In this document: one piece after another, positions 20,240-31,324 of the stretch
Position numbering within the stretch: the stretch's first letter is position 1
Layout: each line of letters opens with the position of its first letter
Source: an uncultured delta proteobacterium
Lineage (GTDB): Bacteria; Myxococcota_A; Polyangia; Fen-1088
DNA: 64,000 bases
Reading direction: 5' to 3'
Assembly (NCBI GenBank): GCA_963796685.1
Contig: CAWCMR010000026.1
Coordinates: forward strand, 51,031-115,030
Translations under genes and position numbers: made by a program
Notes under the pieces: generated by a model
Database searches by the model: none
Seen by the model: only the letters and a program-made list of their open reading frames with translations
Told to the model about the DNA's origin: nothing

Positions 20240-21230
20240 ATGACCACACCTTGCGGACGCTGTAGCCTGGCAATCCTTCTGCTCGGCTTGGCCGCATGTT
20301 TCTCCACGGGGAACGGTTCAGGTGGCGGTAAAGATCCTGGGATGGTTGGCGGAACGCCTGGTAGCGGAGGCGTTTTGGGGACCGGTGGCTTGCCCGGTTC
20401 AGGAGGGGCGTTCAGCGGCATAGGCGGAGCCGTTGGTAGCGGTGGTGACAGCCTGGATGTGGCAAGTCAGGCCTTTGATGCCGACGCCTACCCCGCGCTG
20501 CAGATCTTGCAGGTGCAAGTGCTGAGCGGTGGAACCTGCGCCGTACCCGCAGTCCCGACCGGCACCCATCGGAGACTCGGGCGTGCTCGACCTCGCCCTG
20601 CCGGACGGGTCGTCGCCGCCTTACTACCTTCCAGTCGTCGTCGCCAACAATCTCGATGCTTCTGCCGGCTCAGCCGCTACCGAGACAAACGACCTTACCC
20701 TCACCCACTTCACCGTCGAGCTTTCGGCTCCTGGTGTCACCTGGAGCGCGGCGTGTCCCGCGAGGTTCGATACCCAAGCCATCACCGAGACGATCCCACC
20801 CGGCGGCTCGGTGGGCGTCTCGATGGACATCATCGTCTCCGCTCACTCTCAGTGCCTGCAGGCGCAGCTTTCGCAACAGGGTCTCGCGGTCACCGCCAAG
20901 ATCACGGCCAGTGGACACCATGGCGGGACGGCCATCGAAAGTGCACCCTTCGTCTTCTCCATCAACGTATGCGCTGGCTGCCTGCAACAGGGCTTCAGCG
21001 ACCCGGCCCTCAAACCGTACCAGTACCCGGCCGACCTTCCGGCGTGCTCGGCCCTGACCGGAAACAATCCGTACACCGGCAATCCGTGCCTTCCGCCAGG
21101 CCAGGACAGCCCAATCCTTTGTTGCCTCTTGCCCGCCACGACAGGTGGAACGCCCAAGGGCGTCGCCGTGTGCCCTGGCGTGTTCAACGGGACAGGTTCG
21201 AGCGATGCCTCCGTTTCCAGCGACCGTTGA
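20240..21230 (+). CDS. Cys-containing lipoprotein with Gly-rich linker, frameshifted at about 20573
   Basis: Lipobox LAAC and linker in one frame; DSGVLDLAL..INVCAGC in the next; removing one A restores THRDSGVLD. Confidence 0.65.
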
Positions 21231-21286
21231 GGCCGCAAGTGGCCCATCCGCGGCCTCTCGAACCACAGGAGCGCGATAGCCAAGTC

Positions 21287-23980
21287 TTGGCCGACCTACG
21301 ACTGATCCCTTGCCTGACGCCGCACGGCCGACTCTTGCTCTCTCCGTCGGACGACGCGCCCGCGCTCGAGCCCAAGTTTGGCGAGCGCATCCAGCGGGCG
21401 TTTGCTCGTGGCGCGGGACGCGGGCTCTTGAGGCTTGGCGCGGCCGAGGTGGAGGCGGTGGTCCCTCCGGTCTTCGCCTTTTGGCGCGAATTCGCCGGCC
21501 GATTCGTGGCCGCGCTTTGTGCCCGACTCGACGTCGAGCGCCAGCCGGAGCTGCCGCCGCCTCCCGACGACATCGAAGCGCTTGCCGCCTCGGCTCCCGT
21601 GATGCCGGGGGCCGAATACCTGACGGCCGACGTCCTCACTTCGCTCTGGGCGGAGATCGGCGCGGCCTTTCTGGTCGAGCTGGCCGAGGCAAAGGTCACG
21701 GTCCAGGAGCTCCTCAAGAGTCTTCACCCTGCCTGGAACGTCGTGGGCAAGGTGCACTTCAATCTTGCCGAGAATCGCAAGGACGAAGAGGCGCCGTTCG
21801 CTTTTCTGGCCACCTACACGCACCGGCTGTCGGCGCACGGCAAGGCCCAGCACCTGCCGCTCGGCCAGGCGCTACGGGAGTACGCGGGCGCGGCCAACAA
21901 GGAAAAGCTGCTCTCGCTCCTGCTGCCGGTCCAGCGCGCGGCGGAGTCCTGCTCGTGGCTGAAACGGATGGTCGACGCCGGCGAGATCTTCCACCCCCTG
22001 CGCTGGTCGCCGCGGGAGGCCTTTCAGTTCCTGGGCGACGTGCCCGAGCTCGAGCGCGCCGGCGTGGTCGTTCGCATGCCCGCGACCTGGCGGACTGGAC
22101 GCCCGTCCCGTCCGCAGGTGACGGCCACCGTCGGGACGAAGGCGGCGGCGTCACTGGGGCAGGACGCCCTGCTGGATTTTCGCATGGAGGTCACGCTCGA
22201 CGGTGAGAGCCTGAGCGCCCGCGAGGTGAAGGACATCCTGGCCAGCGCCCATGGGCTCGCTCTCATTCGCGGGCAATGGGTCGAGATCGACAGCGAGCGC
22301 CTGAAGCGGACCATGGTCCAATTCGAGGAGGCACAGCGGCTCGCGGCCAAGGATGGGCTGACGTTCGCCGAGGCCATGCGCATGCTCGCGGGCGTGGGCG
22401 CCACCACGGAGCTCGCGGCGGCCAGCACGGATCCCGATTGGTCGCGCGTCGTCGCCGGTCCGTGGCTGGCCGAAACGCTCAAGGGGCTGCGCTCGCCCGA
22501 GGAGCTGGCGAAGATCGATCCGGGCCGCGCGCTGCACGGCACGCTCCGTCCCTATCAGCAGGTCGGCGTGCGCTGGCTGCACTTGCTTGCGCGTCTGGGC
22601 CTCGGCGCGTGCCTGGCCGACGACATGGGCCTTGGCAAGACCATCCAGATCCTGTCGCTGTTGCTGGTGTTGCGTGGCGAGGCGAGAGGCAAGCGGCAGC
22701 CCAGCCTACTGGTGGCGCCGGCCTCGCTGCTCGCCAACTGGGCCGATGAAATCAAACGCTTTGCGCCCGGGCTCACGGCGCTGATCGCGCACACGTCCGC
22801 CATGTCCGCGGCCGAGCTGGCATCGCTGTCGCACGAGCGACTCGCGGAGGTCGATCTCGTGATCACGAGCTACGGCTCGCTCTTGCGCGTCCCGTGGCTC
22901 GCGACCGCCAAGTGGAAGCTTGCCGTTCTGGACGAGGCCCAGGCCATCAAGAATCCGGGCGCCAAGCAGACCCATGCCGCCAAGAAGCTCGCGGCGCAGG
23001 CACGCATCGCGCTTACCGGCACGCCCATCGAGAACCGGCTGGGCGACCTGTGGTCGATCTTCGACTTCTGCAATCCGGGGCTGCTCGGCTCGGCCAAGGA
23101 GTTCGGAAGCTACACCAAGGGCCTGGCGGACAAGCCTCACAATCCCTACGGCCCTCTGCGCGAGCTGGTACGGCCATACATCTTGCGGCGGCTCAAGACC
23201 GACAAGACGGTCATTTCGGATCTGCCGGACAAGACCGAGGTGAAGGCATTTTGTCCGCTCAGTCGGAAGCAGGCCGCGCTCTACCAACAGGCCGTCAAGG
23301 AGCTCGGCGAACAACTCGAGGACGCCGAGGGCATTCGCCGCAAGGGACTGGTGCTGTCCTTTCTCATGCGCTTCAAACAGATCTGCAATCACCCTTCGCA
23401 GTGGCTAGGCGACGGTGCGTGGGGCGAAGACGATAGCGGCAAGTGGGCGCGCCTGCGCGAGCTCGGCGAGGTCATCGCCGCCAAGCAGGAGAAGGCGCTG
23501 GTGTTCACCCAGTTCCGCGAGGTGACCGCGCCGTTGGCGTCGTTCTTGGGAGGCGTGTTCGGCCGTCCCGGCCTGGTCTTGCACGGCGAAACCGAGGTCA
23601 AGAAACGCAAAGATCTTGTCCGGCGCTTTCAAGAGGACGAATCGGTTCCGTTCTTCGTGCTGTCGCTCAAAGCCGGCGGGTCGGGGCTGAACCTCACCGC
23701 GGCCTCGCACGTGGTGCACTTCGATCGCTGGTGGAACCCGGCTGTCGAGAACCAGGCCACCGACCGGGCTTTCCGCATCGGACAGACGAAGAACGTCATG
23801 GTCCACAAGTTCGTGTGCCGAGGAACCGTCGAAGAGAAAATAGACGAGCTCATCGAATCGAAGAAACAGCTCTCGCAGGAATTGCTAGAAGGCAGCGGTG
23901 AGCTGAACCTGACCGAGCTGAAGGACGACGAGCTGCTGCGGCTCGTCGCCCTCGATCTCAAAGCCGCAATGAAGGAGTGA
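21287..23980 (+). CDS. SNF2-family ATP-dependent helicase
   Basis: LRPYQ, LADDMGLGKT, LDEAQAIKN, LTGTPIEN, FDRWWNPAVENQATDRAFRIGQ; likely TTG start near 21287. Confidence 0.92.
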   Translation: MADLRLIPCLTPHGRLLLSPSDDAPALEPKFGERIQRAFARGAGRGLLRLGAAEVEAVVPPVFAFWREFAGRFVAALCARLDVERQPELPPPPDDIEALAASAPVMPGAEYLTADVLTSLWAEIGAAFLVELAEAKVTVQELLKSLHPAWNVVGKVHFNLAENRKDEEAPFAFLATYTHRLSAHGKAQHLPLGQALREYAGAANKEKLLSLLLPVQRAAESCSWLKRMVDAGEIFHPLRWSPREAFQFLGDVPELERAGVVVRMPATWRTGRPSRPQVTATVGTKAAASLGQDALLDFRMEVTLDGESLSAREVKDILASAHGLALIRGQWVEIDSERLKRTMVQFEEAQRLAAKDGLTFAEAMRMLAGVGATTELAAASTDPDWSRVVAGPWLAETLKGLRSPEELAKIDPGRALHGTLRPYQQVGVRWLHLLARLGLGACLADDMGLGKTIQILSLLLVLRGEARGKRQPSLLVAPASLLANWADEIKRFAPGLTALIAHTSAMSAAELASLSHERLAEVDLVITSYGSLLRVPWLATAKWKLAVLDEAQAIKNPGAKQTHAAKKLAAQARIALTGTPIENRLGDLWSIFDFCNPGLLGSAKEFGSYTKGLADKPHNPYGPLRELVRPYILRRLKTDKTVISDLPDKTEVKAFCPLSRKQAALYQQAVKELGEQLEDAEGIRRKGLVLSFLMRFKQICNHPSQWLGDGAWGEDDSGKWARLRELGEVIAAKQEKALVFTQFREVTAPLASFLGGVFGRPGLVLHGETEVKKRKDLVRRFQEDESVPFFVLSLKAGGSGLNLTAASHVVHFDRWWNPAVENQATDRAFRIGQTKNVMVHKFVCRGTVEEKIDELIESKKQLSQELLEGSGELNLTELKDDELLRLVALDLKAAMKE

Positions 23981-23983
23981 TGC

Positions 23984-24808
23984 ATGTTCTACGAGTGGCG
24001 TCCCTATGTTTCCGTGGCCGAGCGGCGGCGCAAGGCCGCGCGCGAGATGGCGAAGCTTGCCAAGAAAGGCCACCCGGTCTCGCCGGTGGCGATCGAGGGT
24101 CGCGCGATTGCCAAGACCTTCTGGGGAAAATCTTGGTGCGAGAACCTCGAACGCTACAGCGATTACGCCAACCGGCTGCCGCGCGGGCGCACCTACGTGC
24201 GCAATGGCTCCGTGGTCGACCTGCAAATCACGCCGGGTGAAATCAAGGCGCACGTCAGCGGCTCGGAGATGTACCAGGTCGCGATGAACGTGTCGGCGGT
24301 GCCCAAGGCGCGGTGGAATGCGATCTGCACCGACTGCGCCGGCGCCATCGACTCGCTGGTGGAGCTTTTGCAGGGGCGTTTCTCGAAGGGGGTCATGGAA
24401 CGCATTTGCCAGCAGAAGGTCGGCCTTTTTCCTGCGCCGGCCGAGATCCACTTCACGTGCAGCTGTCCGGACTGGGCGTCGATGTGCAAGCACGTCGCGG
24501 CCGTGCTCTACGGCATCGGCGCACGCCTCGACGAGCGGCCCGAGCTCCTCTTCAAGTTGCGCAAGGTCGACGAGAAGGCGCTCATCGCGAAGGCGGGGAA
24601 GGGCGTGCCCCTAGCGAAGAAGGGTCCCGCTGCTGCCAAGGTTCTTGCCAAAGACGGCCTGTCCGAGTTGTTCGGCCTGGATCTCGGCGCGGGCGAGGCC
24701 AAGCAGCCGCAGGCGAAGAAGGCGAGGGCGAAGGCACCGCGGGCGAAGGGGCCGGCGCAGGCAGCGGGGAAGAAGCGGGGCGCGGCGAAACGTCGAATTC
24801 GAACGTGA
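23984..24808 (+). CDS. SWIM zinc-finger protein
   Basis: [11 protein letters not shown]; [15 protein letters not shown]; basic Lys/Ala-rich tail. Confidence 0.9.
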   Translation: MFYEWRPYVSVAERRRKAAREMAKLAKKGHPVSPVAIEGRAIAKTFWGKSWCENLERYSDYANRLPRGRTYVRNGSVVDLQITPGEIKAHVSGSEMYQVAMNVSAVPKARWNAICTDCAGAIDSLVELLQGRFSKGVMERICQQKVGLFPAPAEIHFTCSCPDWASMCKHVAAVLYGIGARLDERPELLFKLRKVDEKALIAKAGKGVPLAKKGPAAAKVLAKDGLSELFGLDLGAGEAKQPQAKKARAKAPRAKGPAQAAGKKRGAAKRRIRT

Positions 24809-25056
24809 TGATGACCACGCCGCAGGCCCGCAACCCGCTTCATGGAATCACGCTCGAAATGATCGTGACAGAGTTGGTCGCGCATTTCGGCTGGCCGGAG
24901 CTTGGGCGGCAGGTCAACATCCGCTGCTTCGTGAGCGACCCGAGCATCGGCTCCAGCCTGAAGTTTCTGCGCCGGACGCCATGGGCACGGGAGAAAGTCG
25001 AAAGCTTGTACCTGTTCATGCTGCGGGAACGAGCACGCCAGGCCCGGCGCGCCTGA
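24808..25056 (+). CDS. VF530/DUF2132-family small DNA-binding protein
   Basis: [33 protein letters not shown]; TGATG coupling to the SWIM gene. Confidence 0.85.
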   Translation: MMTTPQARNPLHGITLEMIVTELVAHFGWPELGRQVNIRCFVSDPSIGSSLKFLRRTPWAREKVESLYLFMLRERARQARRA

Positions 25057-25432
25057 GAGATGGTTGACCGGGAGAATCGACTGGGTGGGCTTGGGTCGAA
25101 GCTGTAGACTGCCAGGATGGTGCCCATGGTCCCAAGGAAAACTCCTCGCGGCAGCACGCGTTCGACCCGAATGCCGGGCTCGCCACAGGCCTGGCCATAC
25201 CTCCCATAGCTGATGGCTCCGAACGAGTGCGCACTGGCCGTTGTGTCGCCGAGTGGGCTCAGCCGCCGCGGTGGCTGAACCGGAGGTGGACGAAACGCCT
25301 CCTCGGTGCGGCTGTGGCGGGCGATTATGAGACTGAGTCGCCGGGACAACTTATGCCGGCGCCATGGTTTCAGGCCACGTAGTGGCAAAAATTGAATTTG
25401 CCATCAATCATGCAAAGTGCTATCTTGAGTGC

Positions 25433-25852
25433 ATGCCGTCCTCCAAAGGTCGAAGGCCTTCGTCTCGCGCCTCGGCGTCTCGGGGGCCCGTCGTGGTTGC
25501 GCGCGCCGCCCCCAAGGCTACGACTTTCCGGCTGGAGCCCACTCTCCAAGCGGGGTTGACCGTACTCGCGCAACTTACGAAGAAGCCCCTCAATCGATTG
25601 GTCAACGAGGCAGTTCAGAGCTTCATTGAAAAGCGTTCGCATGAAGTCGAAGCCGATCTGGAGGCCGCGCTCAAGCGCTTGAGGGCGGCCCGCAAGAACA
25701 ATCCCAATTTCGAATCGGCCATTGCTCGTTTCGCTGAAGTGGAGGCAAGTTTGAGCAAGGGCGACCCCGTGGAGGGCCGCCCGGTTGAGGACGGACGGAT
25801 GCCGAAGGCAGGACCGGCTCGGACCATGGTTCACGAGCTTCTGCGTGGCTGA
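25433..25852 (+). CDS. Ribbon-helix-helix-like putative antitoxin/regulator
   Basis: TTFRLEP..LTVLAQLTKKPLNRLVNEAV; overlaps the Fic gene. Confidence 0.6.
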   Translation: MPSSKGRRPSSRASASRGPVVVARAAPKATTFRLEPTLQAGLTVLAQLTKKPLNRLVNEAVQSFIEKRSHEVEADLEAALKRLRAARKNNPNFESAIARFAEVEASLSKGDPVEGRPVEDGRMPKAGPARTMVHELLRG

Positions 25853-26444
25853 TTGGGACGAAGACAGCCCGAAGCTGAGGGCGAATCTCGCCAGCGTTCT
25901 GCGGAAGGTCCGCGATGCAGCCGTGCGCCGCAATAGTCCAAGTGTTAGCCACACCCTGCAATGGCAAGCCGACACCATGAATGGGTTGAAGGCGCCCGAT
26001 GCGAGGTATGTAGGGACCTTCCGCGGGGCCAAGGGCCTTCAAAAAGTACGGGTTTGGCTCGGCTCCCACGAGGGCGTGGCTCCATCGCGCGTGGCCGGCG
26101 AGCTAGCCGAATTCCAGAGGAAGCTGCGGGCGGCTGTGGACAAGCTCGACATGCGTTACCCGGTGGGAGCGGACCTTGACGTCGACGGTCTAGAGGCCGT
26201 CCTAGAGCTTGCCGCCTGGGCGCACGCAGAATGGGTGCGGATACACCCGTTCGCAAATGGCAATGGCCGCACGGCACGCCTCTGGGCCAACTACGTATTG
26301 ATGCGCTACGGGCTACCACCAGTCGTGCGGCTGCGCCCTCGGCCCGACGGTGGCTACGGAGCTGCCGGAGCTGCGGCCATGGTTGGCGACTGGGAAACGA
26401 CCGCGGCTGTGTTCAGGAAGCTGCTCCTGGAAGGGTTGACTTAG
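25845..26444 (+). CDS. Fic/Doc family protein
   Basis: Intact HPFANGNGRTAR motif; GTG start overlaps the upstream gene by 8 bp. Confidence 0.85.
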   Translation: MADWDEDSPKLRANLASVLRKVRDAAVRRNSPSVSHTLQWQADTMNGLKAPDARYVGTFRGAKGLQKVRVWLGSHEGVAPSRVAGELAEFQRKLRAAVDKLDMRYPVGADLDVDGLEAVLELAAWAHAEWVRIHPFANGNGRTARLWANYVLMRYGLPPVVRLRPRPDGGYGAAGAAAMVGDWETTAAVFRKLLLEGLT

Positions 26445-26554
26445 CAGCTGATCTGGACACGCCGTGGAGTTACGGTGACAAGCGCACCGCGGATGGGCGT
26501 GCGCTTTGATCGCAGCGCGATCAGCCGCGATCCGTGGCATAAGTCGAAAGCATC

Positions 26555-27130
26555 ATGCACGCAGTCGCCATCTCGGGAAGCCCGCGCAAGCACGGCAACA
26601 CGGAAACCCTACTCCAGCACTGTCTCGACGCTCTGGCCAAGCACGGCGTGAGCGGAGAGCTGATCCCCCTGCGCGACAAGACCATCAAGGGCTGCCGCGC
26701 CTGCGAAATCTGCCGCAAGAACAAAGACGGGCGTTGCAACACCCGCGACGACGACTTCCATCCCGTGTTCGAGGCCATGCTCAAGGCCGACATCATCGTG
26801 GTCGGCTCGCCGGTCTACTTTGGCTCGGCCACGCCCGAGATGATGGCCCTGCTCGATCGCGCCGGCTATGTGGCCAAGGTCAACGGCGATCTCTTCTCGC
26901 GCAAGCTGGGCGGCCCGGTCGCCGTCGCCCGCCGCGCCGGCCACAACTTCACCTACGCCCAGCTTCTCTTCTGGTTCCTGATCAACGACATGATCGTGCC
27001 CGGCGCTGGCTACTGGAACGTCGGCCTCGCGCGCAAGGTGGGCGAGATCGAGGACGACAAGGAAGCCCTGGCCACCGTCGAGCGCTTCGCCGAGAACCTG
27101 GCCTGGCTGGCGGCCAGAACGGCGGCGTAG
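26555..27130 (+). CDS. Flavodoxin-like iron-sulfur flavoprotein (NADPH-dependent FMN reductase family)
   Basis: SGSPRKHGNT, CRACEIC..C, GSPVYFG. Confidence 0.9.
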   Translation: MHAVAISGSPRKHGNTETLLQHCLDALAKHGVSGELIPLRDKTIKGCRACEICRKNKDGRCNTRDDDFHPVFEAMLKADIIVVGSPVYFGSATPEMMALLDRAGYVAKVNGDLFSRKLGGPVAVARRAGHNFTYAQLLFWFLINDMIVPGAGYWNVGLARKVGEIEDDKEALATVERFAENLAWLAARTAA

Positions 27131-27154
27131 ACGGCGGCGTAGCCCCGGTCGGCT

Positions 27155-27600
27155 CTACCCCTGTCGCACGGTCGGCGCGGGCATCTCCGGCGGCTTTCTC
27201 GCGGGTAGGAACGCCTCGATGGTTTCGACGTGCGCTCGGAATCGACCGGTGCCGTCCGTAACCACCAGCCCGAGGTTCTTCAGCTCGGCGAGATCGCGTC
27301 TGAGCGTCTTTTGAGTTCGATCTGCGTACAGCCTGGCCAGGTGCGGGCTGAGCAGCGAAATCTCTCCGGGCGTGAGCGCCTTTCGGCGGTCTGGAGGCGA
27401 CATCTCGATGATGAGCTCGCGGCGACGCTTGACCACGGCCGCGCCGCCTCCAGCGGTACGGAGGCGGTCATAGACGAAGTTGATCCATGCCACCTGAAGC
27501 TGCTGATCATGGATGAGGTTGATCTGGTCGCGCAGCCCGTCGACGAACCCCTGCATGGCGTAGCGGATGAACGGGATCACGTCACCGCCCGACCGACTGG
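27155..27600 (-). pseudogene. C-terminal fragment of a Fic-HTH-type protein
   Basis: SRSGGDVIPFIRYAMQGFVDGL..QKTLRRDLAELKNLGLV; no catalytic motif or credible start; begins about 10 bp after the sbcC stop. Confidence 0.5.
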
Positions 27601-27609
27601 GAGACCTTC

Positions 27610-30600
27610 CTACGGCCCCACGACCACCACCCGGCTCTTTCCGCATCCAGCCGGCTCTACCCGTACCTGTGCGCCGAATCGTTCTTGGAGCTCGGGCACG
27701 TGGGAGATGATGCCCACGGTGCGCCCGGTGGCTTGAAGATTCTCGAGGGCGACCATGGCGTGGTCGAGGGTGTCGCGGTCGAGGGTTCCGAAGCCCTCGT
27801 CGATGAAGAGGGTCTGGGCTTGAGTGGCGCGGGTAGACATACCAGAAAGCCCGAGAGCGAGGGCGAGGGACGCCAAGAAGAGCTCGCCGCCCGAGAGGCT
27901 GTTGATGGTGCGCACCTCACTGCCGAGATCCTGGTCTGCCACCTGCAGCTCCAGCGCAGCCCCGGCCACCGACATCAGCCGGTAGCGAGGGGCGAGGTCT
28001 GCAAGGTGGGCGTTGGCTTCCCTTACGAGGGCCTCGAAGGCCAAGCTCTGGGCAAAGACACGAAACTTCTTGCCGTCTGCTGAACCGATCACCTCGTCCA
28101 GTTGTTCCCAGATCCTGCTCGACTGCTCCTGTGCATGCGCTTCGGCCTGGGCGCCGGCTCGGCCGGTCTTCAGGTCGTCGTCTTGCTTCTGCTTGGCCCC
28201 AAGCTCGATCCGTTTCTGGTCAAGGTCGTCCACCTGTGCCCGCGTGCTCGCAACGCGCGCCTGCGCGACTTCGTGGTCGCCCTCGGGGCGCCCCTTGGCC
28301 GCGTGCCCGTCGAGGCTGCGCTGCCGTTCATCGCGGGTTGCGGAGTCGCGGGTCACCTCTGCGCGGAGGGCATCCAAATCCTTGCGTTGGCTAGCAATCC
28401 ACGTCTCGTCGTGGACCAGTCTCTCCTCGAGCTTGCGCCGATCCATGCCCAGTCCTGCCAGTGCGACGTCGAGGGCGAGCTCGGCGCTCGCTGCCTCCTG
28501 GTCAGCTTCATGGAGCGCTCTTGCTGCTGCTTTCTCGTCTGCCTGAGCAACGGCCAGGGTTGTGACCGCCTCTGCGTGCGCGGTGCGCGCCGATTCGTGG
28601 CCGTTCGTTGCATCCTCGATCAAGGCCTTCAGCTCGGTTTCGACGTCCGATGCGGTCCGGCCTTGGAGCAGCGCCGCTCGTTTCGCTTGCAGGGCGGTCA
28701 ATGCGGTCTCTTGCTCCAGCAGGGCCGCGGTCGAGCTCTCGAGGTTAGTCTGGCGCTCGCCGAGCAGGGTCCGGCTTGTTTCGTGACTTGCGCGCAGTGT
28801 GGCGAGCCTGTCAGTCGCGGTCACAAGTCGTTGCTGGCATGCCTCGAATTCTCGAGTACGGTCCTGGCAGCTTTCGAGGAAAACGTCCGGTTTTTGGCGA
28901 GCTGCCACGACCCAGTCCGACTGCCAGCTCATGACGGGAGCGAGGAGCGTTTCGATACCGTCGCGCTCTTCCGCCAGTCTGGTCCGGTCTTCAAGCAGGC
29001 GACCGATCGTCGCGGTCAGCTCCTGTTCCTGCTTGACGTATACGTCGTGTGTGTCGACGGCTGCGCTCCACTTGGTGCGCGCACTATCAAGCCCCGCGCG
29101 TGCCTGGTCCCGTGCACTGGCAAGCTCGAGGGCGCGCCGCTCGTCGCTCTCGGCTTGGTCGTAATTGGCCTGCGCCTGCTCGATTTTGGCCTTGATGGTT
29201 GCGCTCGCCTGCGCAGCCAATCCCGGCAGGTCCGGCGCCAGGGATGCCGCCAGGGCGTGATAGTCGTGCTGCGCCTGCTCCGCCTGGGCGACCGACTCAT
29301 TTGCCGCGTTCTCGGCGTTGCCTGCGTTGGTGCGCGCTACCGCCTGCGCCGCCTCGGCCTCGCTGCGGGAATCTTGGAGTCTCCCGCCCGAGGCGCTCCA
29401 GCTCGAGGACCCGCGCTTCAAGCACCCCAATCGCGGTTGAGGCAGGGCTTCCGTGCGTGTACGGGTGATCTGGCGATCCGCAGAGCGGGCATGCCTGGCC
29501 ATCCTCGAGCAATGCCCGCTGCTCGTCGAAGGATAGCGCGGCCCGAGTGGTAGCGACGGCCAAGCGGGCTTCGGCCGTGCGCAGGAGACATTCGTCGAGA
29601 TCACCGGCCAGGTGCGCGGCTTCCAGACGTGCACGCTCCTTGGCCGCGCGAAACTGCGTGGCTTGCGCCCACGCGGTGGCGCGTGCGTCTTGGGCAGACC
29701 GCGCGCGCTCTACGATCGCGGCAAGCTCTTCGAGCTTGTCCAGGTCGTGTCGCAGGCCTGTCGTGCGTGTCCTCAATTCGGCCAGATCGCGGCCTGCAAA
29801 CGCTGCTTCGGCCGCTTCCCAATGCGTTTGGGCTGTTTTGAACAGCTCCTCGGCTTCGGATGCGATGGTCGCCGCTTTGCCGCGCTCTCGACCGGCGTCC
29901 TTGGCCGCTTCCTCTGCGGTCGCCAACTTCGTGGCGATGGTGGCGAGCACTTGTCCGATGCCAGCGTGTCTGCCCAGCTCTGCCTGCCAACGCGGCCATT
30001 CAGCGGAAAGTTGGCCTTCGGCGACGTGGGTGGCGAGCCACTGCCCGACTTCGGAGCGCTCGGCTTCGCATTCGGTGATTTCTTTCGCCAGTCCTTCCAT
30101 TTCGCTGCGGCCCTGCTCGACCAGATTGCGAAGCCTTTCGCATTCCGCACGGGCTGCGGCGGCGGTCTTCCGAGCAGGATCGATTTGCGAATCCACGTAC
30201 TTCGCCTCGTCTATCTGGGGGCGCAGGGCTGCCTCGTGCTCGCGCGCGATCTTGAGCGCGGCTTCCGACTTGTCGAAGGCTTGCACGGCCTTCTCGAGAT
30301 CGAGGTTGGCTCGTTCCAGCTTGAGGCTAATCTGGCCGAGCGCCTCTTTGGCCTTGCCCTGCATAGCTATTGCCTTTGCCGCCGCATCTCGGGTCGCGCG
30401 AAGCGGCTGTGCGGCCGAAACCGCCTGGACTTCCTTTTCCAGCGGCTCGGCAAGTGCCAGACGTTGCTCTGCATCCGAGAGCGCGCCGGATGCCGATTCG
30501 ACAGCGGTGATGAGAGCTGCTTGTCGCTCATGCCAGCCGAGGTCGCGCTCGGCTCCTTCCATGTTTGCCCTGGCGTCTTCGAGGGCTTGGGTAGTGGCCG

Positions 30601-31324
30601 CCGTGAGGGCGTCGAGCTGCGCGCGGTCGTCTTGCGAGAGCGTCACCAGCGTGTCGAGCTTGTCTTCGAGTCTACGCAGCTTTTCTCGTTCCTCGGCGGC
30701 GCGCTCGTGCGCGGCCTTCGACAGCTTGGTGAAGATCTCGCCGCCCATGACGTGTTCGAGAATCTGGGCTCGGTCGTCCGGTTTCGCGCGCAGGAAGTTG
30801 GTGAACTCGAATTGGGGCAAAAGGACGGTGCGCTTGAATTCCTCGAAGGTGAAGCCGACGCGCGTTTCGATCGCCTGCCGGACTTCCGTGGTCTGGGAAG
30901 ATAGGGTGTCTCCGGAGTCGAGGTCCACCAGCGCCATGGTTTGGGTTTGGAACCTGCCCAAATTTCGGGTGCGATGAACCCGCCAGGTCGCTTGATAGCG
31001 TTTGCCATCCGCACCTTGAAAATCCACACCGGCAAAGCCGTCGGCGGTTCCCCGCGATAGCAGGGCGCGGGCATCGTTGCTCTTCAGACGCAGCTTCTCG
31101 TCTTCCCCGGGCGCACCGATGGTATGCCCGCCTTCATCGGATAGCCGGGGCGTCTTGCCGTAAAGGGCGAGACAAATCGCATCCAGCAGCGTGCTCTTGC
31201 CGGAACCCGTAGGTCCCGAGATGGAGAAGAGGTTGGCGGAAGAAATGGGCGGCTGGTCGAGGCGCAATTCGAACTCGCCGCGCAGACTCGCCAGATTCTT
31301 GCCGCGAATGGCGAGGATTCTCAC
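27610..31324 (-). CDS. sbcC: SbcC (Rad50-like) ATPase, frameshifted near 29385
   Basis: Walker A GPTGSGKS and hook CPLCGS in the first frame; LSGGE and LFIDEGFGTLD in the second. Confidence 0.88.

Noticed and set aside
20207-23980. 1257-aa ORF suggesting a lipoprotein-SNF2 fusion
   Set aside because: Caused by the frameshift at about 20573; residues between the lipoprotein N-terminus and about 21287 are off-frame sequence
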